In this document: in pieces, positions 50,261 through 61,072 of the stretch | Position numbering within the stretch: position 1 is the first letter of the stretch | Layout: each line of letters opens with the position of its first letter | Source: Plasmodiophora brassicae | Taxonomy: Eukaryota | Direction of reading: 5' to 3' | Assembly (NCBI GenBank): GCA_036867785.1 | Contig: CP145413.1 | Location: 682,001-746,000, forward strand | Length of the DNA: 64,000 nt | Translations under genes and position numbers: made by a program | Notes under the pieces: model-generated | Told to the model about the DNA's origin: nothing | Database searches by the model: none | Seen by the model: only the letters and a program-made list of their open reading frames with translations

Positions 50261-52343
50261 GCCGCCGATATGGGTGCCAAGCACGAAAGAGGCGGAAGCG
50301 GTGGCGGAACATTGGCGGTAGCTGCGGTCGCCGGCGCAGGCGGTGCGGCGGAATTCACTGGTCGACCAGCTGCAGACACAGGCGGCACTAGTTCCGGACC
50401 GTCGACCAGAGAAGCAGCCACCGGCACTAATGGCTGGTCAGTAGCAGGCGCAGGCTGCACTAGTTCCGGAACGTCGACGGCGACCAGAGAAGCACCCACC
50501 GGTGGTAACGGCTGGGCAGTAACGGGAGACGACGAGACGAGGAAGTGATCAATGTCCGAAGGCGGTGCGTTCGGAAGCGGTCCGGGTTCGACGGGCAACC
50601 CGTCGGCGCAGCATAATAACGCGGCCGTGTCAGGAGAGCTGTAGACCGGACCGCCAACTAGGCCACGAGAGCAAAACATCTCACCGACGGGAGTTCGAGC
50701 CTCCTCGAAGTCCGCCGTGGACGGAGAGTTTTGGGGAGGATGGTAGATAGTACGGACGCGCCAGGCACGAGAGCAGGTCTGCGAGTCGTCTACACGGGTA
50801 GGCGGCGGACATCGCTCGATCGTCGGGGGGTACGAGCTTCCCCGGTGAGATGTTTTGTAGACCGGACCGCCAACTAGGCCATGAGAGCAGCTGCTCTCAT
50901 GGCTTAGTTGGCGGTCCGGTCTACAAATTATACGGTGACTCGGAGCGTCAATAACGTTGAGGACAATTGTGTCGTGGAAGGCCCCGTTGACGGAACACGG
51001 CAATGGCGACGTCTCCAATGTGATCGGTGGCAGGTGACGGCCGTCAACAACCTTGACGGGAATCGGTTGTGCTTTGGAGCGGAGCGGCAGGCCATAGCGG
51101 CGGGCGAAACCGGCGTCGACGAAGGAAGATGTCGCTCCACAGTCCAAAAGGGCCGTCGTCGCCCACGGGCGATCGCCCGTGCCGGCGTCGACGAAGGAAG
51201 ATGTCGCTCCACAGTCCAAAAGGGCCGTCGTCGCCCACGGGCGATCGCCCGTGGATTGGAACGGAACGAGTAAATGATGAGACGAAACAAAGAGCAGTGA
51301 CGAGGACAGTGTCGGGTTGCGAGGACGAAGAACATTCGTGTATCGAGAGAGGGTGAGCTGCCAACCCGGGAGCAGGCACCCTTGACCATTTCCCGGCGGA
51401 CGATGTGGGCATGTTGCGACCATATGTCCGGGCTGCAGGCAATACATGCACAATCCTTGCCGTTTGCAGCGCTCGCGCTCCTCCGGCGTTAGCTTGGTCC
51501 GACTGGCCGGCGAGGCATCCGTAGCGAGGAGCGCGTGTGCCGGGGCATAGAGGGGGGCCAGGCGCGCTGCCTCTTTGACCATGGCGTCGAATGTCGGCGG
51601 ATTGAGCTTGAAAAGCTCGGTCGAAAGCTCTGGGACGAGCGACTTGCGGAATTTCGTCGCCAGGCGCTTTGACGGGAGAATGTACTCACCCTTCGAGGCC
51701 GACTGTACGGCGTTGTACAGGTACATGAACCGACGCAGATGAGCATCGAACGGTCCCGTTTGACGAAGAGCGTCGAACCGGGATTCTAGGGTCTCGACGT
51801 CCGGTTCTGGAAAATTAAACCGGAGCAGCGCGGCGAACGCTGCTGGGGAGGCGGTCGCATCCAGTTGACGAAAAACGAAACGCGCTTCGCCCTTCAGGCA
51901 GCTAGCCAGGAGCGCGCGAGCGCCCGCTGACAGGGGCTGGGTCGACGAGAGATCGACACGGGCAATGCTAGCGAATAGCGCCAGCCACTCGCTCGCCGGC
52001 AGGTCGTCGGAATTGCCGGAAAATTCGCTCAACGACACCTTAGTCGTCGTGACAACAGGATCGTTGCGATGTGACGACGGCTCAGCAGATGTTGCCGACG
52101 CTCGCCGGCAGGTCGTCGGAATTGCCGGAAAATTCGCTCAACGACACCTTAGTCGTCGTGACAACAGGATCGTTGCGATGTGACGACGGCTCAGCAGATG
52201 TTGCTGAGGGATCGGTCATGGGCGTAGGCGGCGTAGAGTGTGGACTGGCGAGCGCGGTGGTAAAGATCTTCAGCTGCTCCTCAGCGCGAGCCCGCATTTC
52301 CGTGAAGAACGCATCCTGTTGGATCTGGAAGGCCCGTAAGGCA
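50261..52343 (-). pseudogene. gag-protease of element B (N-terminus at ~57748-57875, beyond the C2 insertion)
   Basis: CMYCLQPGHMVATC knuckle, ALLDCGATSSFVD protease; frame rejoins across the TSD GGCA. Confidence 0.85.
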
Positions 52344-52998
52344 TGTAGTCCGGGGTCCTATATTTAGCTCCTCATCACCTACGTCAGCATCAGCATCCTC
52401 CAGATATTCACATGCGCCAGAGATTCATATGTCGAGATATGCGGGGATCGAGAGCACGCGATCACGTGCGCCGCTGATGGGAGAGCGGGGTACGGGATCG
52501 ATGGTGGATAAACGGCATTCGTCTATTGTGTCACCCGAGGCTTGACGGAAGACACTATAGTGGCCACTACGTGTCGTACGTTGACTCTCCGTGAACGACA
52601 CCGACGACGACACGACATGGAGCTGACAAGCAGCAGCAGCAGCGGCGGCTCGACAAGCGCTACCATCGTTACGAACGCCGATGCGAGCATCCTGCCCAAG
52701 GCTAACAACCTTGACTCGACATTGATCCTGACGCTGCGCGAGGCGTACAACCGCTACGTCGCCATCTTCGAGGATCGGGAGGCGCAGCAGCCGCGGGGGC
52801 GTCGACTTCGTCCGCAAGGCATCCGGCTGTGCTTCACCGCCGTGCAGTTGAAGGCCATTGCCGAAAATCACCTGGACCTGGACGACGGCGCCGAGGCGTT
52901 GACTGACGAATTGCTGGACGGATGGATCCGACAAGCAGAGCAAGCTGACTCCCGCTGCGACAACTTCAGGTGGACGCCGCGTACCAGCCCATCGCCCT

Positions 52999-55900
52999 GT
53001 GCCTGCCAACCGGCAATCGGGCCCACATCCAGCGACCGTGAACGCTCCCAAGCGCAACCGCGAACCGACGGCGACAAGTGACAGCAGCCAGATGACGGGG
53101 ACGACTGATGGCAAGCGCGACTTCAAATGCTGGCACTGCTCTGGGCCACATAAGATGTCGATGTGCCCAGAGAAGCCGACGAGGGAAAGGCGCAATGAGC
53201 TCGCACGTCATCATCGGCCCGCAGGCGGACATCATCCCGATGGACGTCGACCGATTAAAGTCGCCAAAACTCGCGCCTACACTGGGATCCAGCACGTGAC
53301 ACAGCAAGTAGAGATCGAGGGAAGGCGTATCCCTTATGTTCTAGACTCTGGCTGTGATGGGGGAAACCTCATACCTGAACACGTTGCGAATGAGTTGAAG
53401 GGCGCCACGTTCGAGGTTATCGAGCCCCGAGAAATCGCATCAGCCGACGACCAAGTCATTGCCGTCAGCACCCGCATCGTCACCGTTCCAGTGACGAAAC
53501 TCGAAACCAAAGCTGGGAATCTCACCCTGTACCATGTTGCCTACTATGTCTGCGACGCTATTCCAGTCATCTTATTCGGCGACACACTACTCTCTATGAT
53601 CGGCATCAGTCCACGTCAGCAACTCGAGGACATGATCGCATCCGGCACCACCGAGTTTGATGCCAGACTATCTGGATGCGCCATGTTCGATGTGGAGTCG
53701 TTCGACGCCGTCAGTGAAATCGTTGCAAGGATGGCGACGTTGAGCGGCGACACGTATCAGGCGCCACATGTACACGATGCGGCGGAACCTACCTCCAGTG
53801 ATGTCGACTTAGGGCCGATCAACGTTCAAGAGATTGAGGCATCCCTCACCCGCCTGATACATCAAGCACGCCTCAACGGCATGTCTCGTCAAGGGGTTGC
53901 ACGGCTACGACTCATCCTTCGACGACACGTCAACGAATTCCGCACACAGCTTGGTCAGGACGGTCCCGTCAACATCGAACCTATGATTACCAAGCTTCAA
54001 CCAGACGCCACGCCGTACCGATGCAGACCACGCTCCTACAACCCGAAGCAAAAGGAGTTCCTCGACGAGATGATCAAGATGCTGTTGGAAAACAATCTGA
54101 TCTACCTCAACATGAACTCCAGATGGGCGAGTCCCGTTCTTGTGGTCAAGAAACCGAACGGCAAGGGGTACCGCCTGTGCGTCGATCTGCGCCAGGTGAA
54201 CTCGCGTACGGTACCAACTGCTTGGCCGATGCCCAACATCGAGGCGGCCAGTCGGAAGCTGGCTGGCATGACCTGCTTCTTCACGATCGATGCCCACAAG
54301 GGGTTCTGGCTCATGCCAATTGCGAAGGAATGCCAGGAGATCTTCTCGTTTATGACCGACGACGGCGTCTACACACCTACCAGGAGCATTCAGGGCGCGA
54401 CCAACTCTGCCTTGCAGTTCCAGGCGCGGATCGGGAAGATCTTCGACGACATGAAGGATCACCTCTTGATATGGATCGACGACCTGCTGGGATTCGCCAA
54501 AACGGAAGACATTCTACTGCATCAGCTTGCACGTGTCTTGGAGCGAGCGCGCGAACGCAACTTGAAGTTCAACCCGGACAAATGCGTCCTATTCGCTCGA
54601 GAGCTGAAGTGGTGTGGGCGCATCTACTCTCGTGATGGAATCCGACACGATCCTGAACGAATCGAAGCGCTGACCAACATGCCGCGTCCTAACACTTTCA
54701 AAGAGCTACAGCAGTTCATCTGGGCGGCCAACTGGATGCGTACCAGTGTTCCCGGTTACGCGTACATCATCGCCCCGCTCCAGGAGCTCACGGACAAGGC
54801 GAACGAGGAGATGAAGAGAATCCAGTCTTCGTCACCTTCGTCGATTCGGTTACATGATCTTGGATGGACAGACCGGCACAGCAAGGCCTTCGAGGACATA
54901 CGCTTTGCGCTGATCCAGCACGTCCAGCTCGCGTACCCGAAGTCTGATCACCAGACATGCTTGTTCACGGACGCCAGTGACCTAGCATGGGCTGCGGTCA
55001 TTACCCAGATTCCGAGGGAGGATATCGACCTACCAGTTCATGAACAACGACACGAACCACTTGCTTTCTACGGCAAGCGGTTCTCTGGCGCTGAGTTGCG
55101 ATGGTCAACACCGGAGAAGGAGGCAGCCGCCATCATCAAGGCGACTGAACGTGGTGACTTCCTTCTGCAGACGTCGCGTGAATTCCTCATGTTCTGCGAC
55201 CACCGGAACCTCACGTTCATCTTCGCGAAGGACGCTGAGATGAAGAAGCACACCGCTCAGAAAATCGAGCGCTGGGCGCTACATCTCCAAGGGTTTGATT
55301 ACCGTACCAAGGAGATCTCCGGCACTGCCAACGTCTGGGCCGACCTTTTATCTCGATGGGGCGCAGGACGAATCGCACTGGCGTGCCGGGCAACGCGCAT
55401 CTTGCAGATGGACGATCTTCGCGTAACGCCGATGACGCATCCCGATTTCCAATGGCCGACTGAGACCGAAATTCGCGAATCGCAAAGGCTATTGTCGCGT
55501 GAAGAGAAAATCGAGGACGGCGTGTTCTTCGATGATGACGCTCGTTTGTGGAAGTCGAAAACGAACGCCGTTCTGATCCCGACTCACAACGACTGCACCA
55601 GCTTGCGCCTACGCATCATGATCATTGGTCATTGTGCCAGTGCTGCTCATCGCGCGTACGACGTTACCAAGGAGGCAATCACAACGCGATTCGCTTGGCC
55701 GGGCATGGACAAGGACATTCAGCAGATGTGCCAGCAGTGTCTTCATTGCATCACGACGCGGGGAGGAGCGAAGGTTCCGCGTCCGCTTGGAGAAGCGTTG
55801 CATGGCCACATTCCATTCGAGGTCCTGCACATGGATTACTTGTACGTCGAACCAGTTCGAGGAACCGATCATTCTTACAAGTACATCCTCGTGATGAAGG

Positions 55901-56763
55901 ACGACTTCAGTGGTCTCGTCCGATTGATTCCATGCGCCGATGCGACCAGCCGAGTTGCGGCAGAGGCACTATTCCAATGGATTGCCGACTTCAAAACACC
56001 ACAATATCTTGTCACCGATGGCGGATCTCACTTTACCGCCGAACTCATCAAGGAGCTGACCAGGCTGCGAGACGTCGAGCATCATATAACGTTGGCGTAC
56101 TGTCCATGGGCAAACGGGACTGTTGAACGCGCCAATCGCACTATCGTTGGCATCCTACGAAGCGTTCTGAGTGAGGGGCAGATCAGCACGCACAGCTGGC
56201 CCTACCTCTGCCCATTGGTGCAACACGCCATCAACCATTCGCCGAGCACACGCCTCGGAGGTTTCGCGCCGTTCACGGTCGTCACCAAGTTGAAACCCGA
56301 GCACCCTCTGGACAGCATCTGGGATGGCCCCTACCGAGTTGTTCAACGCGTCAATGACCAGGTCTACGAACTCGAAGACCTGTTGACTGCACGGCGCTTC
56401 CAAGCACACACGCAACGCATCCGCCGCTATGCGGACGCCGATCTCAACATCACCACCGAAATCAAGCAGCACCTTGAGCGGCTTGACCAGCAGTTCCACG
56501 TTGACGACCTTCTCGATTGTCGTATCGATCGCGAAACTCAGGAGTTGCAGATCAAAGTCGCTTGGTCCGGCTTCGACCCATCTGAGGCTACTTGGGAGCC
56601 TGCAGCACTTATCGCCGAAGATGTACCGCAGCTTGTGGAACAACTTATTCGGAAACTGGGCGATACTCATGCACACGTCGCTGCAATGAGGCAATTGATT
56701 CCGGCGGCGAAACGCTCTCGCACTCGGAATGCAACATCGCATCGAAAGAAGCGACGATCTTAA
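52999..56763 (+). CDS. C2 polyprotein: CCHC, protease, RT, RNase H, integrase, chromodomain (gag N-terminus frameshifted, starting at 52617)
   Basis: CWHCSGPHKMSMC, VLDSG, WASPV, WIDD, FTDAS, CDHRNL, HMDY, TDGGSHF, NGTVER, VAWSGF...EATWEP. Confidence 0.92.
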   Translation: MPANRQSGPHPATVNAPKRNREPTATSDSSQMTGTTDGKRDFKCWHCSGPHKMSMCPEKPTRERRNELARHHRPAGGHHPDGRRPIKVAKTRAYTGIQHVTQQVEIEGRRIPYVLDSGCDGGNLIPEHVANELKGATFEVIEPREIASADDQVIAVSTRIVTVPVTKLETKAGNLTLYHVAYYVCDAIPVILFGDTLLSMIGISPRQQLEDMIASGTTEFDARLSGCAMFDVESFDAVSEIVARMATLSGDTYQAPHVHDAAEPTSSDVDLGPINVQEIEASLTRLIHQARLNGMSRQGVARLRLILRRHVNEFRTQLGQDGPVNIEPMITKLQPDATPYRCRPRSYNPKQKEFLDEMIKMLLENNLIYLNMNSRWASPVLVVKKPNGKGYRLCVDLRQVNSRTVPTAWPMPNIEAASRKLAGMTCFFTIDAHKGFWLMPIAKECQEIFSFMTDDGVYTPTRSIQGATNSALQFQARIGKIFDDMKDHLLIWIDDLLGFAKTEDILLHQLARVLERARERNLKFNPDKCVLFARELKWCGRIYSRDGIRHDPERIEALTNMPRPNTFKELQQFIWAANWMRTSVPGYAYIIAPLQELTDKANEEMKRIQSSSPSSIRLHDLGWTDRHSKAFEDIRFALIQHVQLAYPKSDHQTCLFTDASDLAWAAVITQIPREDIDLPVHEQRHEPLAFYGKRFSGAELRWSTPEKEAAAIIKATERGDFLLQTSREFLMFCDHRNLTFIFAKDAEMKKHTAQKIERWALHLQGFDYRTKEISGTANVWADLLSRWGAGRIALACRATRILQMDDLRVTPMTHPDFQWPTETEIRESQRLLSREEKIEDGVFFDDDARLWKSKTNAVLIPTHNDCTSLRLRIMIIGHCASAAHRAYDVTKEAITTRFAWPGMDKDIQQMCQQCLHCITTRGGAKVPRPLGEALHGHIPFEVLHMDYLYVEPVRGTDHSYKYILVMKDDFSGLVRLIPCADATSRVAAEALFQWIADFKTPQYLVTDGGSHFTAELIKELTRLRDVEHHITLAYCPWANGTVERANRTIVGILRSVLSEGQISTHSWPYLCPLVQHAINHSPSTRLGGFAPFTVVTKLKPEHPLDSIWDGPYRVVQRVNDQVYELEDLLTARRFQAHTQRIRRYADADLNITTEIKQHLERLDQQFHVDDLLDCRIDRETQELQIKVAWSGFDPSEATWEPAALIAEDVPQLVEQLIRKLGDTHAHVAAMRQLIPAAKRSRTRNATSHRKKRRS

Positions 56764-56869
56764 CCTGTACCATCACTCTGAATTAATCTCGATACCGTAT
56801 CTGTTCGCGGGTGGACGATACGATGATGATCATGATCATGGATTGGTCTGTCATGACAATCCAACCTGG

Positions 56870-57045
56870 TTGACGGCAACGTAACCATGGTTCGACTTGG
56901 CTGGTTGCTTTGGGCACCACGGTCGGTTTTGACTTGGCTGGTTGCTCGGTGCACCACGGTCAAAGTTCGGTTCGACTTGGCTGGTTGCCCACGGGACCAC
57001 GGTCGATTTGACCTGGCTGGTTGCCATGTGCACCACGGTCAATGT
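56870..57045 (+). repeat. Degenerate tandem repeat (~35-45 nt, GAC(C/T)TGGCTGGTTGC..CACCACGGTC) in the C2 3' UTR
   Basis: 4-5 copies visible. Confidence 0.8.
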
Positions 57046-58122
57046 TGTTCGATGGACTACGTGCTGTCCATCTCGCGAGGCATTCGGCAGCATCTATTAA
57101 GTTCCTCTTCACCGCAGGATTGACTCTGTCAGGGAGTACTGATGTCGAGGCTCCTGTTGCGCTGGGGGTCCACCCATGGGGGTCGGCCGCTGAGCTAGGT
57201 GAATGACACTTTCTAGATGTATATGGACCGGGCTCCACCCATGGGGGTCGAGCGCACCATTGCTGATGTCGTCGTTTGCTACTTTGCATTCTATCAAGGT
57301 ACCCGAGGTTCTTTGATACGCTAAATCGTGTATGCATAGGTGGAAGACGGTCTCGAAGAGGGTGTCCGTAAATGGATTTTCCACCGATTTGTCCCATGGG
57401 GTTACAAGGTGGTTTTTAGTGAGTAGTGGGTGTTCTGCACTCGAGTCTCACACTACCCTACGTCTTCGTCCGTCATTCTCCTCTCGACTGCTCCTCTGAC
57501 TCCGGTTCTGAGTTCGGGAAAAGGCAGTGTAGTCCGGGGTCCTATATTTAGCTCCTCATCACCTACGTCAGCATCAGCATCCTCCAGATATTCACATGCG
57601 CCAGAGATTCATATGTCGAGATATGCGGGGATCGAGAGCACGCGATCACGTGCGCCGCTGATGGGAGAGCGGGGTACGGGATCGATGGTGGATAAACGGC
57701 ATTCGTCTATTGTGTCACCCGAGGCTTGACGGAAGACACTATAGGCACCCGCGAGGGCGCGATCGGAGGCGTCCACATCGGCCAGGGTCGTTGGGTCGAT
57801 GGGAGAGGGAGGCGTCGTTGGGCACTTGGCTTCGTCAGCCGTCGAGCCCGTCGAGCCGGAGCGCGTGACCGTCATCGATACGTACACGATCGAAGAACGA
57901 ATGGGGCGGACAGGCCGAACGAGAGACGATGCGACGACAGACGGTGACGACAGACGGCGACAGACAGACGGTGACGACAGACGGTGACGAACGGTTAAAG
58001 TCGGACGACTATTGTCTCCACAACACGGAATTAACCGACTGCCGAAGCCGTCGGTTGCCGTGGACGTTTATTCAAACTGCGCGGCTGCGCGACCCCCGTC
58101 GCGGCCGTGCCATAACACAAGT

Positions 58123-59320
58123 GGTAGCGGTGCAAGTCCGGGCGGAGGCGGTGGCCGATGGTTCGTTGCTGGTACAACGTCGACGCCGGGGCACGAAGAC
58201 AGCGGCGATCGCGGAAGGCTTCGGCCAGCTAAAGGACGGCGTCGCGACGATCTTGATTGGGAACCTGTTCAGCAGGCGATGTCGGTAGAAGAGCCGGATC
58301 GTGGCGCTGGCGAAACCGGTCGGGAAGCAGCGAATTTGTTCGATGACGGTCGGAGCCATTGTGCCCGAGAAAGGTGGAGCAGAAGCGCCGATGACGCAGC
58401 ACCAGGCAGCGGTCGTGGACGCCGTTCATGTCGGATGGGACAAGGCGACGCCACGGCGCATCCGGCGATGGATAGCTATGCGAATGCGGATCGGTTCAAT
58501 TCGGAGTTCAACCCCGTGGGCAAGACGGAGACGGAGGTCCATCGTATCGCGCTGGTGCCCGGGGCCGAGCCGGTCGCGATGCCGCGGCGACGTCTACACC
58601 CGCACCTCGAAGACCAACTCCTGGAGACGACGGTGCGCTGCTGAAAGTCAGAACGATCCGTCAACGAGTCCATGGGCCGCAGAAGTGGTCATGGCGCGCA
58701 ATGCCAACGGGGGATTCCGCATGGCGGTCGAGTATCGGCGAAGGGCGGGCGAGCAAGAACGGCGGGTGCTGTTCCTGCCTGAGAGCGTTCGGAGCGAGCA
58801 GCTGAGACGGGCGTACGACGATCAAGTAGCGGGACACTTCGGCCAGGCGAGGACGGTGCAGAACTTACGGCAGACGGTTTTCTGGTCAGGCATGGTACGG
58901 GATGCACGTCGCTACGCTGAACGGTGCCGGGCATGCCAGCGGGCCAAGGCTCGAATACAGTCGGCGCAAGGTCTACGACAGGAGTTCGAATTCGTCGAAG
59001 ACGACGTCCCGTTCCTGCCCTGGTATTCGGTTCATGTGGACCAAGTGGTGGACCTACCCAGGACATCCCGCGGGAACGAGCACGTCCTGACGGTCACATG
59101 TCGGGTATGTCACGCGGCGGTGTCCCTGGAGACGGGAGACCCTTATCCGGCACGTGTTCCTCCAGAAGGGGTTCCTGATGATGGTGACGGCGGACCGTAG
59201 TCGGTCGTGGCGCAACGACCTGTTCGAAGTGCTGTGCAAGGGGTTCGGGTTCCGGTTGACGATGGCGGTGACGTATCGCGCGCGAGCGAACGGGATGGCC
59301 GAACGTCCGCATCGATACAG
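58123..59320 (+). pseudogene. 3' part of Gypsy G1 (RT and integrase remnants, internally deleted)
   Basis: HRIAL.PGAEP, STSPWAA.VV...GFRMAVEYR, GHFG..RT...FW..M...C..CQ, VHVD.V..LP. Confidence 0.75.
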
Positions 59321-59353
59321 AGTTTAACCTCACTTTAGTCACACCTCGAAATA

Positions 59354-60371
59354 CCGTAAACTTCGATGCGCTGTGCCTAGCGCATCCTGTGATCCCCTGT
59401 CCAAAAAAAGGCTTCGAACTATTTTGCGACCACCGACTCCGAGGGCCAGTCAGCTCGACATCATATCAGGCCCGAATTTTCAAGGTCGCAACCACAGCAT
59501 GGTCCCGATCCGACAGCAGACCGGCGATGTCGTCCGTCCATGTTGAGATTGTAGGGATCGAGATCGGCAACCGTGGACGCTGCTGTCAAGAGCACACCGT
59601 GTGCGGGTCTGTCCTGGAACCAGACAGCATTGTCCGGTTGCGCATTGTTCAAATCATTAATGGTAAGTCATCCCTAATTCGTCGACGATTTAACGACAAT
59701 GATATCCCCAGATGCGGGCAACACCGAGACGGCAATTGCCGTTTATCGTGTGAGGAACGGTACTGGTCAATGTTTGGTGGGATTCCTGCCCCGTCATTAC
59801 ATTGCGAGAGCCAACCGATTCGACAACCGACTTGCAAGAGTTGCCGAATTGTAATCTCGCTCTGACAATGTGTACGACCGTCGACGGTCGCATCGCCATG
59901 GCGGCATGGCACGTTTTATCCTGCTGTAACGCCATCTATTGTTTATTCTGTATTTGTAAAATAGGGAAAATCATGGCTACGCCATGACCTTTCGGATCAC
60001 TCCAGGCGATAGCTCTTGCAACGATCGGATTATCCACGATGCCACTTGAGGACGTGTTGGTGGATCCAACGGGTCACCGATGGGCTTTAAAGCCTGGAAA
60101 ATTTTCCAGTAACCAATGCTCCCATTGATCCCGGATTCGTGACTTAAATGATCGGTTGATACCACGTCGATCGGCTGAACGAGTGTGGTGCAATGGCTGG
60201 GAACGTACTCCACCTGGACGCCAATACTGTTGATGCTCAACAGCACTGGTGCCATAACGTGGCATCGGAAAGAATCCAGAAGCAATACAGGACTTTGAGC
60301 CTCAACAGGCACACTCGCAATGTACGGTTGTAGACACTGTTAAACTCTGTCAGTCCAATGATCGTGTCATA
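59354..60371 (-). mobile_element. pogo/Tc2-like DNA transposon remnant (DDE_1 transposase 3' part, ~59977-60340)
   Basis: TA+CCGTA terminus at 59352-59358; LLLDSFRCH..., VPSHCT..VQPIDV(G)INRSFKS. Confidence 0.7.
59527..59929 (+). pseudogene. HIRAN-like accessory gene in the pogo element (intron 59663-59711, internal stop at 59852)
   Basis: VEIVGI...GR.C.EH..CG..L...VRLR|..E.AI.VY....C.VGFLPR. Confidence 0.5.
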
Positions 60372-61072
60372 TGTGACGACAGAGCAAGATCTGTCAACCA
60401 CACGGATTGACCGACTGAGGTCGGTCCAACGCCGTGGACGTTTATTGTAGTAGTGCGCTGCCGAGGAGCCTAATTAGGTGCCGGCTGAGTCGCCAAGACA
60501 GCGACTCGACGGTGACATAATAGTCCCCTTTTACGGGCGTCGAAGACGGGGTCCGGATTTGTCTGGGTACCGAGCGTGGAATGCCGCGAGCAGGCGATCG
60601 CATCCGCCGGTGCCCTGCAAGTTGAAGGCGGGTTCCCAGGTGCGCTCGGATGCAGGGTAGCCTTCCCAGTCGATATAATACTGCAGCTTACCAGCACGGT
60701 ATCGAGAGTCCAGGACTTCCGTCACGATGAACAGCGGTTGGTCATCGTCGTCGAGCAGAATCGGGGGTGGCGGAGGCTGCACACGATTGGGTATCACGTT
60801 CGGGACGTACGGTTCCAGTTGGGATGCGTGGAAGACGTTGTGGATGCGGAAGGAGGCCGGAAGCAGGAGTTCGTAGGCGACCGGATTGACGATGCGACTA
60901 ACTTCGAAAGGCCCGAGCATTTGGACATCCAGCTTACCGCAAGGCCGGCCAGTCGCAATTGCCCCTCGACGGAGCATGACCAACTCCTCGATCTTGAAGT
61001 CGGGATGAGGTCCGCGTTTCCGATCCGCAGCTCGTTTCATGGTGCTGACAGCACGATGCAGTTGGCGGTGTA

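Larger units (their letters stand above)
52344..57743 (+). mobile_element. Gypsy element C2 with 216-bp LTRs (52344-52559, 57528-57743)
   Basis: LTRs appear identical with TG..TA ends; 4-bp TSD GGCA; PPT GGGAAAAGGCAG. Confidence 0.95.
30649..58117 (-). mobile_element. Chromovirus-type Gypsy element B (outer limits), interrupted by nested insertions
   Basis: LTR copies at 30649-30782 and ~58000-58117; 5-bp TSD CAAGT (30644-48 / 58118-22); PPT-like GGGGACTATAC before the 3' LTR. Confidence 0.85.

Noticed and set aside
52561-52569. TGGCCACTA is complementary to the D-arm of the tRNA-Asp at ~20414-20422
   Set aside because: Only 9 nt, explained by the palindrome, and not conserved in paralog C1
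56870-57045. CRISPR-like repeat/spacer look
   Set aside because: Degenerate, irregular units in a retrotransposon UTR; eukaryotic context and no cas genes
57137-57275. CTGATG motifs suggesting hammerhead ribozymes
   Set aside because: No CUGANGA..GAAA core or supporting stems found
56960-57397. Antisense 145-aa ORF in the C2 3' region
   Set aside because: The equivalent frame in C1 has stops and no domain is recognisable
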